Assembly: GCF_006345805.1 (NCBI RefSeq)
Contig: NC_042997.1
Coordinates: 31,620,001-31,684,000, forward strand
Reading direction: 5' to 3'
Source: Octopus sinensis
Taxonomy: Eukaryota
DNA length: 64,000 nucleotides
Shown: positions 1 to 13,162 of the stretch, piece by piece
Layout of the letters: every line of letters begins with the position of its first letter
Position numbering within the stretch: the stretch's first letter is position 1
Translations under genes and position numbers: made by a program
Notes under the pieces: model-generated
The model's database searches: none
Told to the model about the DNA's origin: nothing
Seen by the model: the letters and a program-made list of their open reading frames with translations, nothing else

Positions 1-654
1 CACTTAATCTAAAAGTATCATCAGTCAAATCTCCCTCAAATTATAAACTAGTCTTGTTAAGAAAGGGGTACATTCGATTTATAGCCCTAGATGTCACAGT
101 ACACTATATTTCTTTATTGGTGTCACAGTACACTAGTAAGAGTAGTAATGGTCATGTTTCAGACACATTTACTTATAGATCGGACCAGTTAGAATTCACG
201 GAGAGTTAATCGTCACGAAAAGCAAGCAATAGCGAGCGGATCATAGAAATATAGAGAGAGACACTATAGATTCTGTATCATGTTAGCAGTGAATGTATAG
301 CAATCTCATGTTGCTTTTCCTTTAATAATACTCAACCAATCTTCTACCTGATTAAATACTAATACGTTGGAGCTTTGCACTAGTTTACCGTAAGTGTGCG
401 CATGCGTGTGTGTGAGTGTGTGTGCGCGTGTGCATGAGTGTTCATTGCTGCTAGATTTCAAAGAAGGGAACTAAAGTACCTTTAAATGATCATTTCCTAT
501 GGCTTAGATAAATTTCGCCTTATAGGCGGTCGAAGTGTTTTAACAGTGTTACTAGACTTTTCCTATCTTGATCAGAGATGTCCCGGGGGCTATGCAACAG
601 CAATAATGAGTCTTTCTCAGCTTTACTCAAGACTCGTAATTCTGAGGGAGAAGG

Positions 655-820
655 CATGTCGATTACATCGGCCTCAGTACTTGAGTGGTATTTTATTGAC
701 TCAGAAATTATGGAAGGCAAAGGTGACTTTGGCAATATGTGAACTAAAGAACGTAATGAGCCGGAAGGAATGTTGCAAAGCAATTTGTCCTGCAGGCTAA
801 CGATTCTGCCAGCTCGCCTG
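655..820 (-). mobile_element. Degenerate SINE, family B
   Basis: Reverse complement resembles the family B copy at 887 (ggcgagctggcagaatcgttag head; gtcaataaaataccac body). Confidence 0.6.
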
Positions 821-886
821 CTCCTTTAAAAAAACAAAAAACAAGGAAAATTAGAATAGTAACGTGACATTAAGCGTTATTTGTAA

Positions 887-1745
887 GGCGGCGAGCTGGC
901 AGAAACGTTAGCACGCCGGGCGAAATGCGTAGCCGTAATTCGTCTGCCGTTACGTTCTGAGTTCAAATTCCGCCGAGGTCGACTTTGCCTTTCATACTTT
1001 TGGGGTTGATAAATTAAATACCAGTTACGCACTGGGTTGATGTAATGGACTCAATCCTTTTGTCTGTCCTAGTTTGTCCCCTCTATGTTTAGCCCCTTGT
1101 GGGCAATAAAAAAATAAGAACCGCTAGCACGCCGGACGAAATGCTTAGCGGTATTTTGTCTACCGTTACGTTCTGAGTTCAAATTCTGCCGAAGTCGACT
1201 TTGCCTTTCATCCTTTCGGGGTCGATAAATTAAGTACCAGTTACGTACTGGGTTGATGTAATCGACTTAATCCGTTTGTCTGTCCTTGTTTGTACCCTCT
1301 ATGTTTAGCCCCTTGTGGGAAATAAAAAAAATAAGAACCGCTAGCACGCCGGACGAAATGCTTAGCCGTATTTTGTCTACCGTTACGTTCTGAGTTCAAA
1401 TTCTGCCGAAGTCGACTTTGCCTTTCATCCTTTCGGGGTCGATAAATTAAGTACCAGTTACGCACTTGGTCGATGTGATCGACTCAATCCGTTTGTCTGT
1501 CCTTGTTTGTCCCCTCTGTGTTTAGCCCCTTGTGGGAAATAAAAAAAATAAGAATCGTTAGCACGCTGGACGAAATGCTAAGCGGCATTTCGCCCGTCGC
1601 TCCGATCTGAGTTCAATTCCGCCGAGATCTTTTTTACCTTTCATCCTTTTGGGGTCGATAAAATAAGTACCAGTTGAATACTAGGGTCGACGTAATCGAC
1701 TCATTCCCGCTCCCGAAATTGCTGCCCTTGTGGAAAAATTTGAAG
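887..1745 (+). mobile_element. Tandem array of four family B tRNA-derived SINE units (~217 bp period)
   Basis: Unit starts agaa(a/c/t)cg(c/t)tagcacgc at ~901, 1117, 1334, 1551. Each has a gagttcaaatt B-box-like motif and a cctttcatcctt..ggggt(c/t)gataaa..aagtaccag body. Confidence 0.9.
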
Positions 1746-2779
1746 CTATATTCAGTGTTATTTGTGACTCGTTGTTCACAAATAGACGTAATATTATGTC
1801 ATTTGTGTGGTGTCAATATTTCACATGGTTGTAGTTACACATCATGCAGCAGAATTTCGCGCCTTCTTTTACATATCTTAAGATAATTTCAGTCAGGATG
1901 TGTAATGATGTAAAAATAAAAATAAATGACCAAAAAAAAAACCTGAACATTATCGAGAGAAAACAATTGGAAATGTTTTATCGATTACTACCAATCACTA
2001 GAAACTTGAAACTAAAAAGAAAAATCAATAAAAGGATAATTAATTGAACGATCTCTGCTTCTGTTAATTAACAGAGCGTCTGTAGTTATGCATAGGTGCG
2101 TGTCTGAATCTATTTTCACAATTTGACCGTGTGTTTGTGTGAGCGTGCACACGTGTGTATGTGAGTGTGTCTATGTGTGTATGTGTAAACGTGTGATTGT
2201 GTATATGTGTGTGCGTGTCTTTCTGCGTTTATATGTGTCCATAACCAATGTATTTACGAATTAACATCAATTCACTATGGAATGTGTGAATTTTTATCCT
2301 CCTCTTTTGGTGTCCGTCTTTATGTGTGCACGCCTGATTTGAGCATGCGTGTATTTGCGTATGTGTCTGCGTATCATGCGCATGTCTGCATGCGTTTATT
2401 TCTTTTTTGTTTTATTAACCAAGTGATGTCTTGTAAAGAACAGAACAGCGTGTCAACTACTGCTTTTACATGCAAGAAAAATTAATATCAATTTATTTAT
2501 GTATTCACTAAAAGGACAATTATAACTTTGTTATAATTGTTATAATTGTCCTTTTAGTAAATAAATAAATAAATTGACATAATATAATGTCTAAAAGTTG
2601 ATGAATAACTCTTTACCGTCAGCCATTTATTACCCCCGGTAATGTAATTGTATTGCAAAAAAAAACAAAGCAAAAAAAAATCACTTGTGTATTAATAATT
2701 GGGTTTTCTACCAGCAGTATATTGGATAGATATTATCCCTTGGTGGGTTGGATTCACAACTTCTATCTTTCTTGGAATT

Positions 2780-2923
2780 AAAGTATATATATATATATAT
2801 AACGGGAAGCTTTATGAAAATAAACAAAAGACGAAGGCAGGTGGAAAACAAACGAACAATTGTATTAGTATGGCGCTCAGGAAATATAAATAAAACAAGT
2901 CTTTAACGTTTCGAGCCTACGCT
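2780..2923 (-). mobile_element. Truncated hammerhead-bearing short element (family E), cut by a SINE
   Basis: Near-identical reverse complement of 47905-48030. Retains gcgtaggctcGAAAcgttaaaga but lacks the 5' core. Confidence 0.75.
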
Positions 2924-2929
2924 ATATAC

Positions 2930-3325
2930 ATAGGAGGAGTGGATGTGTGGTAAGTAGCTTGCTTACCAACCACATGGTTCCGGGGTTCTCATCCCACTGC
3001 GCGTCACCTCAGGCAAGTGACTTCTACTATAGCCTCGGGCCGACCAAGACCTTGTGAGTGGATTTGGTGAATGTAAACTGAAAGAATCCTGTCGTATATG
3101 TATATATGTATGTGTGTGTATATGTGTGATTGTGTGTGTTCTTGTGTGTGTATGTTTGTGTGTTTGTGTTTGTCCTCCTATCATCGCTTGACAACCGATG
3201 TTGCTGTGTTTACGTCCCCCGTATCCTAGCGATTCGGCAAAAAAGGCTTGGAGTCGATTTTTTCGACTAAAGGTGGTGCTCCAGCATGGCCGCAGTCAGA
3301 TGACTGAAACAAGCAAAAGAAAGAA
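2930..3325 (+). mobile_element. Family A SINE (tRNA head + CORE-like segment + internal TA/TG microsatellite + 3' half)
   Basis: tgtgtggtaagtagcttg head, caggcaagt CORE-like segment, tail ggtgctccagcatggccgcagtcagatgactgaaaca. Confidence 0.9.
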
Positions 3326-3349
3326 CATACACATATATGTATATACATA

Positions 3350-3433
<84 letters not shown>

Positions 3434-3455
3434 CATATATTATATAAGAACATAC

Positions 3456-3506
<51 letters not shown>

Positions 3507-3712
3507 ATGCATGCCTGTAAGTATTCAGTTTATCTATCAGCTGGAGATTAATTTTTCGCATTAATACTTATATTGAAATTGAAAAATACATACTACTCAT
3601 ACTTAGATCTATATATGTATGCAACTAAGCATGTGTTTATATATACATACATCTATACATACCTATATATATATACATACATACCTATATATATATAGGT
3701 AGATAGACAGAC

Positions 3713-3801
<89 letters not shown>

Positions 3802-4178
3802 TACATATATATACATATAGATACAGATACGTATTTATGTATACGTGGTTCTGTGCGTGTGAGTATAATTTCTTTTCTTTGTCTGTACATGACAGCTCGT
3901 AATCAGATATGCATTCACACTTGCACGTACAAGACCGCACACATACACATATACAGACATTGACAACTACACGCAGACACACACACACACACACATATGT
4001 ATAGTGTAAATATATTATATAGCTAATTCATACAAAGAACACAGATAAAACAACCGAAGATATAAACAAAAAGCGGACACACTGCCACACACAAAGACAC
4101 TGCTTTACCTTCCGTTCACACTTTGACTGTCTATCTGTCTGCCTTTCTCTCTCTCTCTCTCTCTTCTCTTTCTCTCTT

Positions 4179-4210
<32 letters not shown>

Positions 4211-4420
4211 ACTCTCTCCCTGTTTCTCTCACTAACATTCTTTTATATTTATGCATTTCTATCTTTAGGTATGTATGCTGGCTGGTAATACGTATGTATG
4301 TATGTATGTATGTATGTATGTATGTATGTATGTATGTACGTATGTATGCGTGTATGTATGTATGCATGTATGTATGTATTTCTGTGTATATATATATATA
4401 TATATATGCATGTATGTGTG

Positions 4421-4469
<49 letters not shown>

Positions 4470-4554
4470 ATATAATAAATAAATAAAATATATGCATATA
4501 TACATACATAATATATATATATATACACAAAATGAGATAGGGGTTATGAGTGTA

Positions 4555-4589
<35 letters not shown>

Positions 4590-4620
4590 CGTTTTTCTAT
4601 GTATATATATATATGGTGTG

Positions 4621-4669
<49 letters not shown>

Positions 4670-5043
4670 TGTTTGTGTGTGTGTATGTTTCCACATGTAT
4701 GTAGATATCTATGTATCCTGCTTAAGAACTATATCATCGTATACGACAATCTCATATGCGACTTTACGCGCTATGATCAAACTGTCAAGACAATATGGCG
4801 GAAAAAAAAACTAAAATTGAGAACGAAACAAAACAAACACGGATAATGTTCCATCTTATCAAAACGATTCTACATACAGCAATACCACTCACAACAAGAA
4901 CAAGAACAACAAGACGATAATTCACCAAAACAATATATTAGTTTTCAATTGGTTATTGTGAGAATTAGCCAAATGCATTCATTCATCTGACAATAACACG
5001 TGTAAGTACACTGATACACACACACACACACATACACACACAC

Positions 5044-5106
<63 letters not shown>

Positions 5107-5112
<6 letters not shown>

Positions 5113-5239
5113 TCATGTACACGCTATACGTTGCGGCTTGCATATAAGCATAAAGCATTTATTCACTCCTACAGCTTAGGTCACTCACATACAAACACAC
5201 ACGCACACACACACACACACACGCACACACACACACACA

Positions 5240-5321
<82 letters not shown>

Positions 5322-5476
5322 GCACTCATGTACACGCTATACGTTGCGGCTTGCATATAAGCATAAAGCATTTATTCACTCCTACAGCTTAGGTCACTCA
5401 CATACAAACACACACGCACACACACACACACACGCACACACACACACACACACACGCACACACACACACACACACA
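5107..5476. repeat. 213 bp tandem duplication
   Basis: Identical ~100 bp unique core atgcactcatgtacacgctatacg...ggtcactcacatacaaac at 5107 and 5320, each followed by (CA)n. Confidence 0.9.
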
Positions 5477-6209
5477 TGCGCGCGCACACAGTCAACTCTA
5501 TAACATACAGTATTCGCTATATATGTAGCTTAAGCTCATGGCCACTGGTAACGGTTCAAACACAGACACATCCTAGCTTCCATAGAAATATCAATACGCA
5601 TTTTCATCTACACATTTAATTTCATACACAGAAACATTTTCGTTACATATGCGCACACGGACGCACAAACGCAAGACTCGCACACATACACACATACACA
5701 CACATACAATTGCATATAGGAACACATATACACACACACATGTATATTCACATCACATACAGATGAATGCACGAAGATATTTCTCGTTCTCATTATCTTA
5801 CACAAAAACGACATTTAGGTTAATGCGCATACTCCCATATAGAACATAGTTTTATACACACACACATATACAACGCGTGCACACATACACATACACACAT
5901 ACACAACGCACACACTCACACATACATACACATACACATACATACGCTCAAGTTAAATCTTTCATATAACTTATCAATCGTAATCCTCAACTTATGGTGT
6001 GTCCCCTAAATGAAGAATTTCCTATTATATTAAAACCTTGAGTCAAGTCAGCTGAGTAAAGCTTATCTCTTTCCTAAGCTTTACTCCCGACTTGAGTTTA
6101 ACTTGGTATTGTGTTTAAACTCCCGTACTGTGACCCCCCTGTACTGTAAACTACGAGAAGTAGCAAAATATGTAAAGTAACTAACTAATGCCCTTACAGT
6201 ATTAACATT

Positions 6210-6442
6210 AGGGGACGAGCTGGCAGAAACGTTAGCGCGCCGGGCGAAATGCGTAGCCGTATTTCGTCTGTCGTTACGTTGTGAGTTCAAATTCCGCCGA
6301 GGTCGACTTTACCTTTCATCCTTTCGGGGGTCGATAAATTAAGTACCAGTTACGCACTGGGGTCGATGTAATCGACTTAATACCTATGTCAGTCGTGGTT
6401 TGTCCCCTCTATGTTTAGCCCCTTGTGGGTAATAAAGAAATA
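6210..6442 (+). mobile_element. Full-length family B SINE with 12 bp TSD
   Basis: agtattaacatt at 6198-6209 and 6443-6454 flanks the element; ends in aataaagaaata. Confidence 0.92.
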
Positions 6443-6729
6443 AGTATTAACATTTGCTGTGAGTTCAAATCCCGATCAAGTCATTTCATCCGTCAGCGAT
6501 TCAATAAAATTGACAACATCCTCCGTCCTATACATGAAAAACACTCGCAAATATTATTTACGGGAAAATTATTGTACTAGGAAGAATATTCAAGGTCTGG
6601 AGATTTGATTTCTGCACAATTCACTTTGTTTTTATTGTTCTGTTATAAGTTTTACTCATTGGCATCACCTTCAGATTAATCACATTGATTCTTTTCCTTG
6701 CCCTACTATTAATCACCATTAACACACAT

Positions 6730-6913
6730 GCTCACGTGGGTGTGTGGTAAGAAGCTTGCTTTCCAGCCACATGAATCCAGGTTCAGTCCCACTGCGTAGC
6801 ATCTTGCGTAAATGTCTTCTACCCAAGGCTATGGTCGCCTCGGGCCGACCAAAGATTTGTGTGTAGATTTGGTAAACGGTAGCTGAAAGATGCCCGCCGT
6901 ATATATATATATA

Positions 6914-6979
<66 letters not shown>

Positions 6980-7180
6980 CGTGTGTCTATGTGTGTGTGT
7001 CTTTAGGTCTCTGTTTGTCCACTATCACCGCTTGACAACCGATGTTGGTGTATTTAGAATAAGTATCAGGCTTAAATAAAAAGTCCTGGGGTCGATTTGT
7101 TCGACTAAAACTCTTCACGGCGGTGGTGAAGCATGACCGCAGTCAAGTGACTGAAACAAGTAAAAGATATAAAAACAAAA
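6730..7180 (+). mobile_element. Family A SINE
   Basis: Head gtgtgtggtaagaagcttg, internal (TA)(TG)n, tail gcatgaccgcagtcaagtgactgaaacaagtaaaaga. Confidence 0.85.
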
Positions 7181-7709
7181 GACATCAAGTGAGTTGTAAA
7201 ATTAAGCTTCCTCTGCCTAGTTTCTCGAACGATTGCCCAATGAGCCTAGTTTGCAATTTTGCTCTGTGGTTATTTACCACAGTCATTTTTACATTTTGAA
7301 TCACTCAAGAAATAACTTGTCACTTTCCACTACCTCTGCATGCGACAGAATGCGCACCAAAGTGAGATAGTTGTTGTCTCCACAGTATTCAATCTTTAGC
7401 AAGAGCCATCTGTCACGTCAGTTCGGGATGTCCATCTGCTACAGCGGCAATCCTTGGGTGCTGATGAACCCTCCTGTTTGCCTGTTGAGGATTTTGAAGT
7501 GGCACCATTAACTCGAATCTATGTTAGTGAACACTCATCATGCTAGTTTCATCAACCATAATTTCCCGTGCTAGCTTAGGCCAAGATGGAAGAGGGTATT
7601 AATTTTGGAGATTTTCTTCGAGATTGATTGCTTTCACCGCATCTAAGGAGCCGAATCTGTCCTTACAAAAATCTTCTCAGGGTGTACGCCGAACACATAT
7701 ATACTGCGC

Positions 7710-7750
7710 GTATACACACACATACATACATACATACATACATACACATA

Positions 7751-7782
<32 letters not shown>

Positions 7783-7930
7783 CATACATACATACATACA
7801 TATATACATACATACATATATACATACATACATACATACTTGCATACATACATACATACATACATACATACATACATACATACATACATACACATATACA
7901 TACATACATACATATATACATACATACACA
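7710..7930. repeat. (TACA)n microsatellite
   Basis: Direct reading; the source of the HTYI/MYVC ORFs. Confidence 0.95.
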
Positions 7931-9244
7931 CACTTGTTGCCATTACGAAAATACTCTCGTCTGTATATTTGCTATAAGAATTATTACTATCAGTAACTCG
8001 GCTTGCTACGTAGCTTTTAATAATACAAATACAGAAAAAAAATATTGTAGCATTGAGGAAAGAAGGAAAGAAAGAAAAAAAGTGCAATGAAGTTGAAAGA
8101 AATCAATTACGCAGTAGTTGTCTTGATACAGTCGTTGACTATTATTACTTCCACAACAATTCACAAAATCAATGGCAATTAACCTTTAGGAAAGGGACCA
8201 TTTCTAAGATGTACTATTCGGAACCATCTTCAAGCAGAAGATAAAACTGGTGTAATTGTCCGAACGGTCATTAAATTTGAAACAGCCCATTAAAGCCCGA
8301 CCTACACTTAGATCAATCGTTTAGATTACGGCAAACTTCTAAATCTACTAACACACAAGTGAAGTGTAATAAATAAAAGCACAGAGAGAGAAGAGAGACA
8401 GAAGAAACGGTGTGAGCGGGCGTTGTTAGAAAATCGCTGGATAAGTAAGCACCTCGTATCGGGGAAAATACTTCCACCACTACCTCCACCACCACCACCA
8501 CCACCACCACCATCACCACCACCACCACCACCAACTATCATGTAGTACACAATTGAGTGTAAATAAATATGCAGAGTATCGTAATATATATAACGAATTC
8601 TTCACATAATAAATACACTGAATGCTGTCTCCGCTAGAGGGAGAGTGAAATATTTCGATGTAAGTGTGGTTAGTTTTCACATATAAATGATGTTATAGGA
8701 TGGTTTTTAACGAATGTAGTGTTGTCTTCATGTCACCGAGCGCAGCCTAATTGACGAAATACCTGCAGTTACTCAGCATATTTGTGCATATACTGCATAT
8801 GTTTCCTGTTGTGTATGCGCGTATATACAAGTATATATACATGCATATATACAAGTATATATTTATATATATACGTATATGTATATATATATTTGAGTAG
8901 TTGAATGAATTATCTTATTATGGATAATTCGGTTAACCGATACCTGGGTAGCAAATTCACGTCAGAAAAACACGGTTGAAGCTACATGCCAAGAGCAGAG
9001 ATCACGTGTTTTCGTGTGGAAATTTGTGTGCTTTTTTTAATACAAATAAATGAAAGAATGGAGTTGAACGACGAATTATATATATATATATATGCGTATG
9101 TATAGATAGATAGAAAGAGAAAGAAATGTATTTATATGTATGTATGTATATTTATATATATGCACAGACTCACACGAATATATATCTATCTAGTCACCTA
9201 TATACAATTACACACACCCACTCCCACATGTATTCTTATACCTA

Positions 9245-9435
9245 TGTGTATGTGTATGTTTTAGTTTCAAAATATGATGTAAGATTTATTCGTTAGAATC
9301 TGTTGCTACCCCTAGTTCATTTCCTGTTTCCAGAAGAAGTTCTTGTGATGATTCTAAATTCTAAATTTCATTCCTTCTCTGGTATCCAAATTCCCCCTGT
9401 TAATGTCTACAAGATGCTAAGACTAACGAATGGGT
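9245..9435 (+). repeat. ~190 bp dispersed repeat, with an inverted second copy at ~11780-11965
   Basis: tttagtttcaaaat..gatttattcgttaga.tctgttgctaccc...aattcccc...taatgtcta matches the reverse complement of 11790-11965. Confidence 0.8.
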
Positions 9436-9642
9436 AATACAGTTCTATATTTAAGAGATGAGGCATTATGTACATTATTTACAATTGATGGATATTTCTC
9501 CTCATCTTGTTTGTTGTTAACACAACTTTTTGGCTAATTTCGAAATTTCCCCAAGAGGAAGGCTGGAGGGTATATCAGCCAAAACGTTGTGTTAACAACA
9601 AACAAGATGAGGACAAATATCCGTCAATTGTAAATAATGTAA
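9436..9642. mobile_element. Hairpin (inverted-repeat) element with hammerhead remnant, 14 bp flanking direct repeat
   Basis: 65 bp arms 9471-9535 / 9577-9641 (3 mismatches); actaacgaatgggt at 9422-9435 and 9643-9656; ggctg..cagcc-aaaa-cgtt resembles stem II plus a mutated GAAA. Confidence 0.75.
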
Positions 9643-10059
9643 ACTAACGAATGGGTTCTCTAAATTATTTTATCTAAAAATATATCTATTCCTAACTAAA
9701 CAATTCGCAATCATTTACTTTCATCTCGACTACGACAAGCAGGACACACCGCTCGAATATATTCAAAATATAGATGAAACACGTTCAAAATTTGCTCTCT
9801 TTTTAAATATACTATCGATTGCAGTATACTAAGGACTTCTCAATACTGACGAAGAGTATCAATGTCCTGTCAATCTATACTAACATTCTGCCAAGCTATG
9901 TCTCTTTTAGTAAGGTACACAAAAAGAAATAATTCTTAAGTTCCGTAGACTGCTAAATCCATGAATTACTAGCCGTTTAATTTCTATATTCAGTTGATTG
10001 AATTCAAATCCGAGTTGAAATATTTCCAAATTTTACTATAAAGAATCCTCAACTGTTGT

Positions 10060-10290
10060 TTTTGTTGATTACCTCTAGATCAATCTTGGTTAGAGCAAGC
10101 CTATCATTAAAGGCATATCGAGCATCACCATTCTGATATTTCTAAACAGTGTAAAGAGGATTAGAAGTCCAATTTTTTCTTCCCTTATTTCAAACAGTAT
10201 GGTGAGATTTGAAGGAGATTTGGCTGCCATCTCTGCTATTTGTAACACGTTCTTAACGTCACGAACACAATCCACTTTTAGTGTGCAGTC
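10060..10290 (-). mobile_element. Old SINE-like repeat (family D) with (AAC)n-type tail
   Basis: gcagccaaatctccttcaaatc... motif also seen at ~20-45 and 23020-23700; ends tgatctagaggtaatcaacaaaaacaac. Confidence 0.55.
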
Positions 10291-10899
10291 ATCTGATTCT
10301 AAATGATTGGAATCGCCTCTTTTATTTCTAAGTCATTTAATATTATTACATATCAGCATATGTATCAGTAATGGCTATAGATACAATTTGAAAGTTACCT
10401 GAAGGTCTGAAAAGTAAAAGCAATGACTTCGTATTTAATATCAGCCATGTTGTCCTAAATATAAATAGTCCTCAAATTTAATTTCACGCATTTATCGACA
10501 TCCGTTTAAAGAAAGAAGAAACCTATGTGCTGTGTTCTAGTCTACCATACTCTATAGCAAAAACTTTAAACCCCTAATAATGATTATTTCTTACAAGGAA
10601 CCAGAGCACGTGCTGTTGCTGTTGTTGACGTTGTTGTTGTTAAACCATAGGTCAGTGCAAAAATGAAAGATATTCAAACCGTGATAAGCCAGTCTTCTAC
10701 ATTTACATTCATCTCGATTTTGACAGGTAAAATTAAAGGTATTCAAAGCTGATGAAGTGAGAATAAATGTTAAACCTGCCAGGTATCTGAGCTCGTAGTA
10801 CCCAAAATGTTCCTCTCTACTTAAGGGTGTAGGATAAGTTATGATAGGATTTTGTTGCTATATTTTACTGGTCAAATATACATATAGGGACTTCATCCT

Positions 10900-11083
10900 G
10901 GAGCTGTTTTCTCCCAGTCGTCCCAGGAGGTGTACACTACAGAATCGAAACTGTTTCAGTTTTTACCAAACCACTAAGCTACGGGGACGTAAACATGCCA
11001 ACACCGGTTTTCAAACGGTGGAGGGAGAGAAACACAGACACACATACAGATAGAGAGACAGATAGAGAGAAACACAGATAGAC

Positions 11084-11160
<77 letters not shown>

Positions 11161-11315
11161 CAGCGAGCTTTCGTCTACCAAATCCAATCACAAGGCCTTG
11201 GTCGGCCTGAGGCTATAGTAGAAAACACTGGCCCAGGGTACACGCAGTGGGACTGAACCGAAATCATGTGGTTGAAAAGCAAACTACGTACTACAGAGCC
11301 ACACCTGCGCCTATA
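10900..11315 (-). mobile_element. Family A SINE with (AGAT)n interior
   Basis: Reverse complement head ataggcgcaggtgtggctctgtag, gttcagtcccactgcgtg; internal microsatellite. Confidence 0.85.
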
Positions 11316-11676
11316 TAGTTTCCTATATTCCTATTTTGAAATTGTTGGTTGCTACACATACTGAGGTCCCCTGACCTATGAATAACAGAAGAATGTCGGT
11401 TCCAAGGTAGACAGAACGACGACTTACTTCGGTTATAAGTCATCTCCAATGACACTGTACAACGAAAGTAATAATAAAAATATGGACGGGACAGTGTCGA
11501 GATCCATCGTCTGGTTTTGAGGATGAACTTTTCCATTTTAAAAGAAAAGAGAATTTAAAAGAAAAGAAAAGGTACTTAGAAACTCATCTTGCCAATAAAT
11601 TCTGGGTATTATTTCGTTACTATATATGTACATGAATGTGTGCGTGTGATTACCTTATTATTAGAGGTGCTTTTAA

Positions 11677-11707
<31 letters not shown>

Positions 11708-11743
11708 ATATATTATATATATATATATTATAACTATATATAT

Positions 11744-11780
<37 letters not shown>

Positions 11781-12044
11781 CATTCATTAGACTTACCACC
11801 TTTTAGACATTAAGAGGGGGGAATTTCGACACCAGAGAGGAATGAAATTTAGAATTAGAAAACATCACAAGAATTTCTGCTGGAAAAAAAAAGCGAACTA
11901 GGGTAGCAACAGAGTCTAACGAATAAATCCTACCTCTTATTTTGAAACTAAAACATACACATACACATATATATAAGAATACATGTGGGTGTGCGTGTAA
12001 TTGTATATAGGTGACTATATACATATATATATATTAATATATAG

Positions 12045-12080
<36 letters not shown>

Positions 12081-12273
12081 ATAATATATATATACGCACA
12101 TGGGCACACATGTATATAGAGAGGTGCGTATGTATGCAAATGTATCTACATTACTATCAATTTCCTTTCTACATCTATCTCCACATGCATACCAATATAT
12201 CTCAATAAATAAATAAACAAATATCTATTTACTATATGCATATAAGCACTCGCATTTGTATATATATATATAT

Positions 12274-12449
12274 ATATACTTTATTTAAAAGCAGCAGAAA
12301 TTCAACAAGACCTCTTACTCGGAGTTTCACGTTCCCGTTCGTCGGACAGTTTTTGTTAAAATTTTAACAAAAACTGTTCGACGAACGGGAACGTGAAACT
12401 CCGAGTAGCAGGTTTTGTTGAATTTCTGCTGCTTTTAAATAAAGTATAT
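12274..12449. repeat. 176 bp spacerless palindrome containing two divergent hammerhead-like motifs
   Basis: Centre aaaa|tttt at 12361/12362; 4 mismatches in 88 pairs; each arm reads ctgt-(c/t)cgacga-acgggaacgt-gaaa-ctccgag-ta. Confidence 0.9.
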
Positions 12450-12903
12450 TACTCTACCCCTGGTATTCGAGTACACTTTTTTCACCTTGTTTATCTTATG
12501 TGTTTACTCAGGTATATATATATATATATATATATGTGGTGTGTGTGTGTGTGGTGTGTGTTGTGTGGTGGTGTGTGGTGTGTGTGTGTGTGTGTGTGCG
12601 TGTGTGTGTGCGTGTGTGTGTGTGTGTGTGTGGTGTTGTGTGGTGTGTGTGTGTGTGCTACATAAATAAAAACGCACGCATATATACGTGTATTTTTACG
12701 TATGTGTGTGTGAACGTGTAAAAATGAGGAGTAGATAGACAGCCGACAACTGACGAAGGGTCCTTTCTTTCTGTTACTTTCCTGTTTTCCATTTCTTCTC
12801 TCTTTTTACGCATGTAACTCATTTGTTGATGTATTTCATTTTTGTTTTGCACAGTGGGTGACGTCCTGCACCCATATATGCACACACACACATGTATATA
12901 TAT

Positions 12904-12948
<45 letters not shown>

Positions 12949-12949
12949 A

Positions 12950-13106
12950 TATAGGCGCAGGGAGGCGTGGCGGGGGTAGTAGCTTGATTGATCCGGATTC
13001 AGTCCCACCGCGTGGCAACTTGGGCAAATATCATCTACTATAGCCTCGAGCCGACCAAAGCCTTGTGAGTGGATTTGGTACACGGAAGCTAAAAGAAGCC
13101 CGTCGT
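12950..13106 (+). mobile_element. Family A SINE 5' half
   Basis: taggcgcagg head, gcaacttgggcaaat, aagaagcccgtcg then (TA)n. Confidence 0.8.
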
Positions 13107-13162
13107 ATATATATATATATATATATATACTTTATTTTAAGCAGCAGAAAATTCAACAAAAT

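Noticed and set aside
486-800. ORFs 486-800 (+) and 520-783 (-)
   Set aside because: They overlap a decayed family B SINE, with no recognisable protein similarity.
887-1745. CRISPR-like array
   Set aside because: The units are 217 bp SINE copies with no unique spacers, in a eukaryotic context with no cas genes.
8340-8550. Coding-looking stretch KKRCERALLENRWI with a GTAAGC donor (+), or terminal exon DLEVCRNLND* (-)
   Set aside because: The + acceptor region is purine-rich, the - acceptor is weak, and no partner exon was found.
10073-10141. Apparent 69 bp minus-strand exon KYQNGDARYAFNDRLALTKIDLE with good splice sites
   Set aside because: It lies within the tail of the old family D repeat (continuous with the gcagccaaatctcc motif and ending in an AAC-rich tail); the splice signals are likely fortuitous.
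10399-10406. 8 nt microexon-like signal (ttttcag|ACCTTCAG|gtaact, minus strand)
   Set aside because: It is frame-shifting, and its only nearby partner exon was rejected; there is no independent support.
12747-12775. CTGACGA followed by agggtcct as another hammerhead
   Set aside because: No GAAA box, stem III or stem I partner follows.
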